Positions 31,028-40,455 of a stretch of DNA of 64,000 nt are shown one piece after another; position 1 is the stretch's first letter, and each line of letters opens with the position of its first letter. Under the pieces are notes generated by a model, which saw only the letters and a program-made list of their open reading frames with translations, did no database searches and had not been told where the DNA came from. The stretch is from a bacterium. Lineage in GTDB: Bacteria; Hinthialibacterota; Hinthialibacteria; Hinthialibacterales; Hinthialibacteraceae. The stretch lies in NCBI GenBank assembly GCA_963662285.2, contig CAXXMV010000001.1, positions 224,001-288,000 on the forward strand, given 5' to 3'. Made by a program: the position numbers and the translations under genes.

Positions 31028-31777
31028 TCAATTAGTATTAAACGCTTTTGTCCATGGGGTGTAAGCCGTATCGGGCCACCATTGGCGATGGGGAGTTGTC
31101 ATGGATTTATCTTCTATCGCATTCGAATTAATGTCAGCTTCATACCCGGATTCGATAATCCGTTCAACATTATTCAAGGATACAGCAACGGAACCATCAA
31201 AGACTTGGATATTGTTTTTATCGGGTGAAACTTCTAAGTCGAAGATCGTTCCGATCGGCTGGATAATCCCCAATGGCGTGTGAAAAGATATTTCAGAGGA
31301 GCCGTTCCCTGAATGATTATAATGTAGACGGCCTTTAGAGACAGAGATTCTTTTTCTGGAATCGTAAGTAATACGGCTCTGTTTATCGAGAATGATGAAT
31401 GTTGTATCTGAAAGAGATAATTTGACTTGATTCTCCATCGTTTCCAGAGTATCACCTAGAGAAAAACGCTTGTTATTCTCTCCTAAAACTCCCGCGCGGC
31501 CATTTAAGTCAATTTCTCCATTTCCAGCCAATAAATGGATTTCACCGCTCGAATTGGGATAAATATATAGAAACCATCCTGCAGTGAGCAGTATAATGAG
31601 AAAAGAAGCCAATACAGCCGTTCGTCTCATCCAATAGTGGTTGCTATTCAACGAATTGGAACCGCGTATTTTTCTTAGAACGTACATTTCTAAATCTCTT
31701 GAAGAGATTTTATTGCTTAATTCTTCAGGCAATTGATTTTTTAAAAAATCATCCACATCGGGAGGGAGATTATTCAT
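31028..31777 (-). CDS. FecR-family anti-sigma factor
   Basis: TM helix; TPLGIIQPIGTIF and VFDGSV FecR motifs; coupled to the sigma gene. Confidence 0.85.
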   Translation of the reverse strand: MNNLPPDVDDFLKNQLPEELSNKISSRDLEMYVLRKIRGSNSLNSNHYWMRRTAVLASFLIILLTAGWFLYIYPNSSGEIHLLAGNGEIDLNGRAGVLGENNKRFSLGDTLETMENQVKLSLSDTTFIILDKQSRITYDSRKRISVSKGRLHYNHSGNGSSEISFHTPLGIIQPIGTIFDLEVSPDKNNIQVFDGSVAVSLNNVERIIESGYEADINSNAIEDKSMTTPHRQWWPDTAYTPWTKAFNTN

Positions 31778-32331
31778 GATTTAACACTCCATTTGCGGTA
31801 AAATTTTTCTTTTAGCCGACCCCTGGCGCGTTTCAAACGGCTTCGTACGGCATCTTCAGTCATCGCCATAATGTCCATGATTTCCTCGATTCGAAACTCT
31901 TCAACATAATATAGAGTCAGTATGCTCTGATCTCTCTTTGAAAGAGTTTGAAATTCATTAAAAGCCATGTTGCTCCTTTCCTGTTGATAACAATGATCAT
32001 AAGGCGTTTTCACTTTGTTATCATGGTGATTTTTAAGCATGAATAAACGATGGATTCTTGCTTTTCGTATATAAGATACGGTTAAATTATGCGCGATTCG
32101 GTATAAAAGCCCTTTCAAATTGGTTATCTCTCTTCCTTTTGTTGCATAATTTTCCCAGAAAACAACAAAAGTTTCTTGAACAATTTCATCGATTTCGTCT
32201 GCTGCATCAATCTGAACTGCTACAAACGTTTTCAGGGCGTGCTGATAGCACTGGATAACCTGTTTTAGAGCATATTCCGTGTCAAATCTCGACAAATTGT
32301 CCAGTTCAATATTCAAAATGAGTAATCCCAT
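31774..32331 (-). CDS. ECF RNA polymerase sigma factor
   Basis: EIVQETF, LYRIAHN; region 4 AVRSRLKRAR. Confidence 0.92.
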   Translation of the reverse strand: MGLLILNIELDNLSRFDTEYALKQVIQCYQHALKTFVAVQIDAADEIDEIVQETFVVFWENYATKGREITNLKGLLYRIAHNLTVSYIRKARIHRLFMLKNHHDNKVKTPYDHCYQQERSNMAFNEFQTLSKRDQSILTLYYVEEFRIEEIMDIMAMTEDAVRSRLKRARGRLKEKFYRKWSVKS

Positions 32332-32373
32332 CTAGCGATAATGACTAAAATATCAATTTTCCACATAAAATAC

Positions 32374-32405
32374 ATCGAACTTATCTATAAAATTGGCCAA
32401 AAAAA
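32374..32405 (-). promoter_or_regulatory. candidate ECF promoter (autoregulatory)
   Basis: TGGCCAATTTT-N10-TCGAT; same motif and spacing at 35597 and 39185. Confidence 0.6.
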
Positions 32406-32411
32406 TACACT

Positions 32412-33854
32412 TCAATGATTCATCCAATCATGGATTGCAGAAGGAATCGGTGTTGGTTTTGGGAATTCTGGATCGTAAAAGAACAATCGATTTAATTTGT
32501 ATTCATCATTTTCTGTTACGAAAATAATATCTCCATATCCATTGCCGTTACTATCTCCTAAAATAGGACGTCCAGAGATGCGTCCAGGAATCTTGAACCT
32601 TGAAGGGAAAATGAGCGGGTCTAAGTTTTCGTTTAAAAAATGAATATAATCGGAATCATTAACAGTTTGAATCACCGCCAAATCCGGCCCTGGTTCAGAA
32701 AACAGTAAAATACTCCCAATAAGAGTGTTGGATTCTTGGATCGTAAATATCCGGCCACGATTCTGTGATATATCCAATCGATATAGGTTACCCTCTCCGT
32801 CAAGAAGCACGATTTCACTCTCCATATCATCATCTAATTCAGGTACGGCTAAATCGACGCAATCCCCCTCAAGTTCTATTTCCTGGAGTAAACGTCCATT
32901 GAAAGCAGAAAAAACAGTAACAGAAGGTGGAATATAGAGAGAAGGATTTTTCCGTGCTTTCGTTCCAGCGATAATCAAAGTTTCCTCATAATCAGATTGT
33001 CCTATCGCTAAACGGGATAATTCGAGATTTGGATTGATCGGAATCGACCATAATTCTTCTGGAGATAACGTTTCAGCATTAAGCCTGTATGAGTGAATGT
33101 ACGATAAATCGCTTTCTGCGGTTGATTGGATAATGGGATTTGAAGCAATATACGCATACCAGGATTCATCAAACTCGTCCCATATGAAAGCCATTAAACG
33201 AGTCGTAGAGGTTCCTGGAAATTCAATCTTCCTCGAAGAGGAGGATTTTCGATCGTAAACGGATAGAACGCCTTTAAGTGAGTCAACTGCTCCATAACAT
33301 AAGAATTCTTGATTCCCATCTGAATCAATATCGATAGCCGCACAAATTTTCTCATTGAGTATGCTTTGAGATGAATCAAAATTCCAAATAAATTGTTTTG
33401 TTAAGTAACTGTAGATAAAATGCCTTGAATGGCCATTCTCATTGATGACCGAGAAAAGAATCTCTTTAACCGAATCACCATCAATATCTGCTAATGAAGC
33501 GAGATAGACGGCTTCATTTGTCTCTCGGACGACGGGTACAGTCTCAATTGAATGATTGTTAAAGTCAATAATGAGAATTCCTGAACCATCGCTTTTTTGA
33601 ACAACAATTTCTTGTAAGCCGTTATGGTTTAAATCGCCGCAAATAAGATTTTCGATATCGGAAGGGATCGGTATCGATTCTATATCAATGATTTTTTGGA
33701 TCGTGCGGTCCTTGTTGTCTAGATGTACGAAAGCGTTGGCCTTTAAATTAGCGTATGGATATGACCAATCGTTGTTTCCATAAAGTGGAAACGAAAAGAA
33801 AATACATATAAAGACAAATAGAATTGAATTTCTCAATGGATTAACGCCTGCCAA
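32412..33854 (-). CDS. secreted FG-GAP/VCBS-like repeat protein
   Basis: Signal peptide; repeated DxDxDG..EI motifs. Confidence 0.8.
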   Translation of the reverse strand: MAGVNPLRNSILFVFICIFFSFPLYGNNDWSYPYANLKANAFVHLDNKDRTIQKIIDIESIPIPSDIENLICGDLNHNGLQEIVVQKSDGSGILIIDFNNHSIETVPVVRETNEAVYLASLADIDGDSVKEILFSVINENGHSRHFIYSYLTKQFIWNFDSSQSILNEKICAAIDIDSDGNQEFLCYGAVDSLKGVLSVYDRKSSSSRKIEFPGTSTTRLMAFIWDEFDESWYAYIASNPIIQSTAESDLSYIHSYRLNAETLSPEELWSIPINPNLELSRLAIGQSDYEETLIIAGTKARKNPSLYIPPSVTVFSAFNGRLLQEIELEGDCVDLAVPELDDDMESEIVLLDGEGNLYRLDISQNRGRIFTIQESNTLIGSILLFSEPGPDLAVIQTVNDSDYIHFLNENLDPLIFPSRFKIPGRISGRPILGDSNGNGYGDIIFVTENDEYKLNRLFFYDPEFPKPTPIPSAIHDWMNH

Positions 33855-33949
33855 TTTACTTATTTGATCTTATAATTATATCGCAAATGGAACGCGAGTT
33901 GGGCATTAAATATACAGCGATTTGAATGTAGAATTCAATCGCAAGTATA

Positions 33950-35530
33950 TTGGGGATAAGGAGAAATATCAAAAGAATGAAGAAACGGTCATTGAGTTTC
34001 CTGGTTGAAATATTGTTTGTTTTGGTATTCGTTGGAATAAATCAAATCAATTCATCTGCTCAATCGTGGCCATTCCGCAATGGGGATTCTTCCAATACGA
34101 GGAATTTCCAAACAGTAAAGCCTCTGCTTGTGGGAGATAAGATAACAGCAAAGAAACTTCTTCTTCCATGGGAAATTCAAGGTTTTTTATTATCCGGTGA
34201 TGTAGATGGAACGGGCCGAATCAGCCTCGTATCGTCATTTCAATCTCCACCTTCCGTTGCGATCTATGATCCCATCTCGCTCGCATCGCGTTTAATTCCG
34301 ATTAGTGAGAATCCTTATACGAATGATTACGTATCTCCATACAATCTACTGGATACGGACGGGGAGCCTGGATTGGAAATCCTGACAGTTATCACGCCTA
34401 ATTCCGTTCCATCTTATGGGGAAGGAGTTCCGACTCTATACCAAGTGGTTTCAGGGAAGCAAAATCTCGTACTCAACCAATTCATGGGCATGGTGGGTGA
34501 AGATCAAAATGGAGACGGTGTATGGAGCGGCCGGGAAAGCCCTGAACTTATGTTTGTGGATGAAAAAGGAAAGGTAAAAATCCTTGCGCATATCGATGCA
34601 GGGCATGAAGATTACAAACCTCGGGCCATAAATATTTATGATGTTGAGTCGGGAAAAATTGACGCTCAATTTCACATGGCGACTCCACCAACAGGCATCT
34701 CATTCTTTCAAGATCCTTCATTAGGCAAATATATCTTTACGGCTCCCCTGACACCCGATAATTGGATTCGAGTCAATGGTGAAAAGATAATTGATTCTGA
34801 AGGTAATTACATTAATGTGAGCGAGGACCTGGATGGGCTTACTGTCTCAGACAAGGAAGCCTATGACGTCTGCTTGAAATTAGAAACGGATTCGGAGCAA
34901 GCATATTCACTAGATCTTCAGTGGTATTTAAAGCGGGGCGAATATATGTCGGGCTCATCATTGATTTCCCGGACAGAGGATAATCGCCTTGTTGTTATAT
35001 CCTGGGATACAATGATCCGCTCCTACGATGCGATTTCACCTGGAGGAATTCATGTTTACGACCTCAAAACCGGTGAAATCGTTAAGGAGTTTTATTTAGG
35101 TGAAGAAATCTCTTTTAGAGATGTGTTAAAGATAAATAATTCAAACACTCTTTATGGATTCCATCTTGAAGAAAAATCAGTCACTAAATTCGACTTAGAT
35201 GAAGAAGGACCAAGCAAAACAATTGATTTTAACGATGAACCAACAGTAACGCTTTCCGCATTAGGGGTAGCTGATATGGATGGAGACGGCTCAATTGAAA
35301 TATTGATTGCAAAAAAGAAACCGGAAGAAACCGTAATGTTCGTCTATGATGAAAACCTTGTTGAAAAAGACTCTTTAAACGTTCCTCCCTTCAATCAATA
35401 CTGCTTCGCCGATGCAAACCTGGACGGACTCCCTGAGATTTACATGCTCGATCAAATTAATAATAAAGAACTTACGGTTGTTGAATATGAATCTTCGTCT
35501 TTCGTCAGTGATTACATAAAATACGATTAA
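33950..35530 (+). CDS. secreted FG-GAP/VCBS-like repeat protein
   Basis: Signal peptide; DVDGTG, DTDGEPG, DMDGDG, DANLDG. Confidence 0.8.
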   Translation: MGIRRNIKRMKKRSLSFLVEILFVLVFVGINQINSSAQSWPFRNGDSSNTRNFQTVKPLLVGDKITAKKLLLPWEIQGFLLSGDVDGTGRISLVSSFQSPPSVAIYDPISLASRLIPISENPYTNDYVSPYNLLDTDGEPGLEILTVITPNSVPSYGEGVPTLYQVVSGKQNLVLNQFMGMVGEDQNGDGVWSGRESPELMFVDEKGKVKILAHIDAGHEDYKPRAINIYDVESGKIDAQFHMATPPTGISFFQDPSLGKYIFTAPLTPDNWIRVNGEKIIDSEGNYINVSEDLDGLTVSDKEAYDVCLKLETDSEQAYSLDLQWYLKRGEYMSGSSLISRTEDNRLVVISWDTMIRSYDAISPGGIHVYDLKTGEIVKEFYLGEEISFRDVLKINNSNTLYGFHLEEKSVTKFDLDEEGPSKTIDFNDEPTVTLSALGVADMDGDGSIEILIAKKKPEETVMFVYDENLVEKDSLNVPPFNQYCFADANLDGLPEIYMLDQINNKELTVVEYESSSFVSDYIKYD

Positions 35531-35559
35531 TATACGCAATTTTGACATAGATAGAATTC

Positions 35560-35597
35560 TCGCTTGCTTATTTTTTCATGAGCAAGCGATTTTTTTT
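35560..35597 (+). terminator. Rho-independent terminator
   Basis: TCGCTTGCT...AGCAAGCGA stem plus T-tract. Confidence 0.7.
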
Positions 35598-35622
35598 GGC
35601 CAATTTTTCGGGAATATTCGAT
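35592..35622 (+). promoter_or_regulatory. candidate ECF promoter
   Basis: TGGCCAATTTT-N10-TCGAT upstream of the WD40 gene. Confidence 0.6.
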
Positions 35623-35668
35623 TTTATTAAAAAAACATTGGGTTGCTATATAAAATTCTACCTATTTT

Positions 35669-38600
35669 TTGGAGAAAAAAATGTGTAACAGGATTCTTGT
35701 GTTATTATGTGTTTTTTTAAATTGTAGTTATTCGTCAGAATATTATTCTTATGGGCCTCCAGTAAAGTTCCCATCATCAAGTCATAATGATTCAATAAAT
35801 TCTGTTAATTATTCTCCAGATGGAAATTTTGTAATTACAGGAAGTGAAGATAAAACCGCTATTTTATGGGAAATCTCTACTGGAAGAGTAATACATACTT
35901 TTTCTGGGCATAAAGAAAGAATCAATTCAGTCGCTTTTTCACCTGATGGACAGACAGTATTCACAGGTAGTGATGATACAATAAAAAAATGGGATGTATT
36001 AACTGGAAAAGAAATTCAAACGTTAGAGTTAAATAAATGGATTCAAACTTTTTCACCGCAGGGTAGTCAGTTTTTAACAGGTCGTTATTCTGAAAATTTG
36101 GAAATCTGGGATTCATTGTCCAATAGTAAAATTGCATCTTTTGATGCTTCTTTAGATGGGTTTGGTCATACAATCTATACAGCTGCTTTTTTACCAAATG
36201 AAAAACAAATAGCATTTGTTAGTGAAAATAGTCATGGGGGAATAGTAAGATTTTGGAATATTGACACCAATAGTGAAATTTGTACTTTCTATCCTGCTTC
36301 TTATGCGCACAATGAAACCATAACCGATATTGCGTTCTCTTCTGATAGCAAAAAAATCATTACAGGGAGTGATGATCAAACAGCAAAAATATTGGATATT
36401 GAAACGAATGAAATTGGTAATATATTTATGAGAGAAAAATTGACTCTAATTGGACATAGTGAGCCAATAACATCTGTTGGTCTTTCACCGGACGGAAAAT
36501 ATGCTCTTACAGGGAGTCAACACTACGCAAAATTATGGGATGCAATAACTGGTGAAGAATTACATACATTTCATGGATATGAGTTTAAATCAATTATTTT
36601 TGGTAAAAATGGAAACAGTGTTTTAGTAGGAAATGAAAATACCGCATTCTTATTGGACTTAGATTCAAAAAAGAAGATTCAAGTATTTGGTGCTGATGCA
36701 TATTCAGAAGTAATATCACCTAGTGGTGAATTCATTGTATCATTTGGAAATTATTCAACAAGACTTTGGGAGATTGAGACTGGTTCCGTAATACGAATTT
36801 TTTCTGGGCATAATGATGGTGTGTATTCAGCAGCATTTTCACCGGATGGTAATCACATTTTAACAGGGAGTTATGATGATACAGCAAAATTGTGGGATGT
36901 AACCTCTGGTACAGAAATTCGAACATTTACTGGGCATAACGATGATATTCGATCTGTCGCTTTTTCTCCAGATGGTAATAAAATATTAACAGGAAGTTGG
37001 GATAAAACAGCAAAGTTATGGGATGTTTCCTCTGGCAACGAATTACAATCTTTCTCTGGTCATACTGATGGCATAACATCGGTAGATTTTTCTCCTGATG
37101 GAAAACAAATTGCAACAGGAAGTTGGGATAAAACAGCGAAATTATGGGATCTGGCTACCGGAAAAGAAATATTCACGTTCCAAGGTCATAACAAGTATAT
37201 AGATTCTGTAGAATTCTCTCCAGATGGGAATTATTTATTAACTGCAAGTGGAGATAGGTCAGCAAAATTGTGGGATATATCTACTGGAATAGAATTATTA
37301 ACCATATCAGGTTGTGATGGGAAAGCTACATTTTCACCGGATGGAGAAAAAATTTTGACACAGGATGGTAAACTTTGGAAAGCATCTACTGGTTGTAAAT
37401 TTGGATCTAGATTAGGATCTTATCCCTATGGCGGTGAATTCTCACCTGATGGGAATTATATTATTGCCACTTCACAGTACCAAGTCTTATTATGGGATAT
37501 TTCAACATATGGTAATGAACAAAAATCCATTGGAGGTAATAATAGTTATATATACACAGTTGCATATTCATCCGATGGAAAGCGTGTGGCAACAGGAGGA
37601 TATGATAATAGAGCAATAGTATGGGATGTGGAAGCAGGATCTGTGTTATGCGAATATTCAGATAAAGGATACATCAATTCGTTATCATTTTCTCCAGATA
37701 GTGAACAATTATTGATAGGTAGTGAAGATGGAACTGTCAAATTGTTAGATGCAATAACTGGTAAAGAATTGTATCGCTATCAAGATATTGATGACCCAGT
37801 CAATTCTGTTGCATTTTCACCAGATGGAACAAAAGTATTGGTAGGCAGTGATGATAATACAGCAATAATGTGGGATGTAAATACTGGTTTAAGACTGCAT
37901 ACTTTTTCTGGTCATGAGGGAACTGTGCATTCAGTTATATTTTCGCCAGATAGCAATTATATACTAACTGGGAGTGAAGATGGAACAGCAAAATTGTGGG
38001 ATATAGTATCTGGATTGAACATAAAAACGTTTATTGGTCATGAAAGTGGTGTTACATCTGTTGCCTTTTCTCCAGATCGTAAACAAATTGTAACCGGAAG
38101 TTGGGATGATACTGCAAAATTATGGGATGTGATTACAGGTAATGTATTAAAAACTTTCTCAGGACATAAAAGTAATGTGAATTCAGTCGCTTTTTCTCCA
38201 AATGGTAAATATATTCTCACAGGGAGTTGGGATTACACCGCAAAATTATGGGATATAAACACAGGAATGGAACTCCAGGAATTCTCGGGACATACAGCTG
38301 AAATAAAGTCAGTTGCATTTTCTCCTGATGGAAATAGTGTCCTAACGGGCAGCAGGGATTTTTCGGCAAAGTTATGGGATGTAAATACAGGAGAAGAATT
38401 AAAAACATTCTCAGGGCAAAAACTTGAAATCTCATTACTTTCTTTTTCAAATGATAGCAGCATTTTGTTTTCTAGTGATTTTAGTACAGCAAAATTATGG
38501 GATGTAAACACAGGAGGGGAGTTATATACATTTAACAATTTTCATAATAATGAAGGAATGTCATTAGATGGAAGTAGAATTTTACAAAAGACTCCGGAGG

Positions 38601-39034
38601 GTACGATTAACATGCTGGATTCGACAACAAATGAGGTTCTACATGTATTTTCTGATCCAGAAAAAGTACATAATTCTACAATTTTATCACCTGATGGTAC
38701 AAGAATATTAACAATAGACGGTAAATATAAAGATGCCATAACAGATGAAATTTTATTCTCTATTCCTGCTTTTTCATCTGCTTCTTTTTATCCAAAAGGT
38801 GAAGCATTCTTAACTAGTCACACTATTATGGCAAAATTATGGAATATGTATAACGGAGAGGAACTCCTTACTTATACAGGGTTTTACTCAACGGGTAATG
38901 CTCTTGCATTTTCTCAAGATGGAAAATTATTAGCAACTTCAGATAAGCGTAGGATTGTTCTTTGGGAGTTAAATGGATGGATTCAAGAAATCACACCTCC
39001 AGATACAAAAATAGATGATTGGGCAATATATTAA
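35669..39034 (+). CDS. secreted WD40-repeat protein
   Basis: Many GH...SVAFSPDG...TGSxD.TAKLWD repeats; N-terminal signal-like segment. Confidence 0.95.
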   Translation: MEKKMCNRILVLLCVFLNCSYSSEYYSYGPPVKFPSSSHNDSINSVNYSPDGNFVITGSEDKTAILWEISTGRVIHTFSGHKERINSVAFSPDGQTVFTGSDDTIKKWDVLTGKEIQTLELNKWIQTFSPQGSQFLTGRYSENLEIWDSLSNSKIASFDASLDGFGHTIYTAAFLPNEKQIAFVSENSHGGIVRFWNIDTNSEICTFYPASYAHNETITDIAFSSDSKKIITGSDDQTAKILDIETNEIGNIFMREKLTLIGHSEPITSVGLSPDGKYALTGSQHYAKLWDAITGEELHTFHGYEFKSIIFGKNGNSVLVGNENTAFLLDLDSKKKIQVFGADAYSEVISPSGEFIVSFGNYSTRLWEIETGSVIRIFSGHNDGVYSAAFSPDGNHILTGSYDDTAKLWDVTSGTEIRTFTGHNDDIRSVAFSPDGNKILTGSWDKTAKLWDVSSGNELQSFSGHTDGITSVDFSPDGKQIATGSWDKTAKLWDLATGKEIFTFQGHNKYIDSVEFSPDGNYLLTASGDRSAKLWDISTGIELLTISGCDGKATFSPDGEKILTQDGKLWKASTGCKFGSRLGSYPYGGEFSPDGNYIIATSQYQVLLWDISTYGNEQKSIGGNNSYIYTVAYSSDGKRVATGGYDNRAIVWDVEAGSVLCEYSDKGYINSLSFSPDSEQLLIGSEDGTVKLLDAITGKELYRYQDIDDPVNSVAFSPDGTKVLVGSDDNTAIMWDVNTGLRLHTFSGHEGTVHSVIFSPDSNYILTGSEDGTAKLWDIVSGLNIKTFIGHESGVTSVAFSPDRKQIVTGSWDDTAKLWDVITGNVLKTFSGHKSNVNSVAFSPNGKYILTGSWDYTAKLWDINTGMELQEFSGHTAEIKSVAFSPDGNSVLTGSRDFSAKLWDVNTGEELKTFSGQKLEISLLSFSNDSSILFSSDFSTAKLWDVNTGGELYTFNNFHNNEGMSLDGSRILQKTPEGTINMLDSTTNEVLHVFSDPEKVHNSTILSPDGTRILTIDGKYKDAITDEILFSIPAFSSASFYPKGEAFLTSHTIMAKLWNMYNGEELLTYTGFYSTGNALAFSQDGKLLATSDKRRIVLWELNGWIQEITPPDTKIDDWAIY

Positions 39035-39179
39035 TATACAACTAAAAACAGAATATTAATCGAAATCTAATTAGATTTAGCGTCATATCTCACATTTTTT
39101 CTCCAATCAAATATTAATGGATTAATCATTTATCCATCAAACCGGCCCAATTTAAAAATTTAGGCATTATTTTTATTTT

Positions 39180-39210
39180 TTTTTTGACCGATTTTGATTT
39201 GGTTGTCGAT
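39180..39210 (+). promoter_or_regulatory. candidate ECF promoter
   Basis: TGACCGATTTT-N10-TCGAT upstream of the 39293 gene. Confidence 0.55.
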
Positions 39211-39292
39211 ATAAACATCAAGGTGGTTTGTTTTGTGTGGCGCATCTTGTTGTTTGATTGTATCAACATTCTGAGAAATATGGAGTTAGGTC

Positions 39293-40429
39293 ATGAAAAA
39301 GAGCATATTTGTGTTTGGTTTGGTTTTGGTCTGCGGTATGAATTTTGCTTTTAGCGAGTCGGCATCGTTCTTTCGCGGTGAGAGTGATGGCAGCGATGGG
39401 GAATTGATTGTCACTGAAGACACTTCTGTTCCATTGCCCGAAGACGGCGTGTTGAATTATACAAGGATCGAGGTACAAGAAGGCGCAACTCTCACATTCA
39501 CTCCAAACGCAAAAAACACCGGTGTTGTTCTCCTTTCCCAGGATGATGTGATTATTAATGGCGTTATCAGTGTTTCTGCAATCAGTTCAGAAACACCTGG
39601 ACCCGGCGGATTTCATGGACCGTATCAAGTCGGTGAACATTGGATGCCAAGCGATGGTCTTTTTGGTTTTAAAGGAAAAAGTTCATTTGCTAGTAATCAA
39701 TCATATAAGTATATTGATCCATACTTGATTTCACTTGTAGGTGGCTCTGGCTATAATACTACACATATCACAACACTGTACTATTCTGGTGAATATGACA
39801 ATTATAGTGGGGGCGGCAGTCTGATAATCCAAGCACTAGACAAAATTGTTCTGACTGGATCAACACAGTCTTATCCAGCTAGAAATCATTATAATCATCC
39901 TAGTGTTGATAATTATCGCGGTACACTCCGATTGATAGCAGACATTGTCGAAGGAAACGGATCGATATATGCAGCATATGCCAGAATTGAAGCCAACGAA
40001 ATATCGACAGGATTAAACGTTGACACAAAACCGTGGCTTTCTGATGATTCAACCGCCTATACAACAGGAAAACCCACATTGCCCATCTACATCAAAAACC
40101 GTCCGGAAATCTGGATTGAAAGCGTGTCTGGTAATTCGGTTTCAGCCGGTAAAAAGTCTCAATGGGGCGATATTGCGGATATCACGTTGCCTACCGACAA
40201 CAACCAGGTCGAGATAAACGTCAGAGCCAAGAACCTGCAAGCGCAGTTTATTGATGACACTACCGCCTACGTGCGGATCATGCCTCAGGATGAAGATTAT
40301 TACGCCGAACAGGTCACTTTGACCGATGCCGGAAACGGTGAAGCCACCGGTTCGGTTACGGTTGAACTGGATATCAGCAAGCAATACCTGTTTGCCGCAT
40401 ACATACTCGCCACTCATCTGACAGAGTAG
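39293..40429 (+). CDS. secreted Gly-rich hypothetical protein
   Basis: Signal peptide; SDGSDG, GPGGF and GGGS motifs. Confidence 0.75.
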   Translation: MKKSIFVFGLVLVCGMNFAFSESASFFRGESDGSDGELIVTEDTSVPLPEDGVLNYTRIEVQEGATLTFTPNAKNTGVVLLSQDDVIINGVISVSAISSETPGPGGFHGPYQVGEHWMPSDGLFGFKGKSSFASNQSYKYIDPYLISLVGGSGYNTTHITTLYYSGEYDNYSGGGSLIIQALDKIVLTGSTQSYPARNHYNHPSVDNYRGTLRLIADIVEGNGSIYAAYARIEANEISTGLNVDTKPWLSDDSTAYTTGKPTLPIYIKNRPEIWIESVSGNSVSAGKKSQWGDIADITLPTDNNQVEINVRAKNLQAQFIDDTTAYVRIMPQDEDYYAEQVTLTDAGNGEATGSVTVELDISKQYLFAAYILATHLTE

Positions 40430-40455
40430 ACGGCCCGCTGAATAAAAACAGCAGA

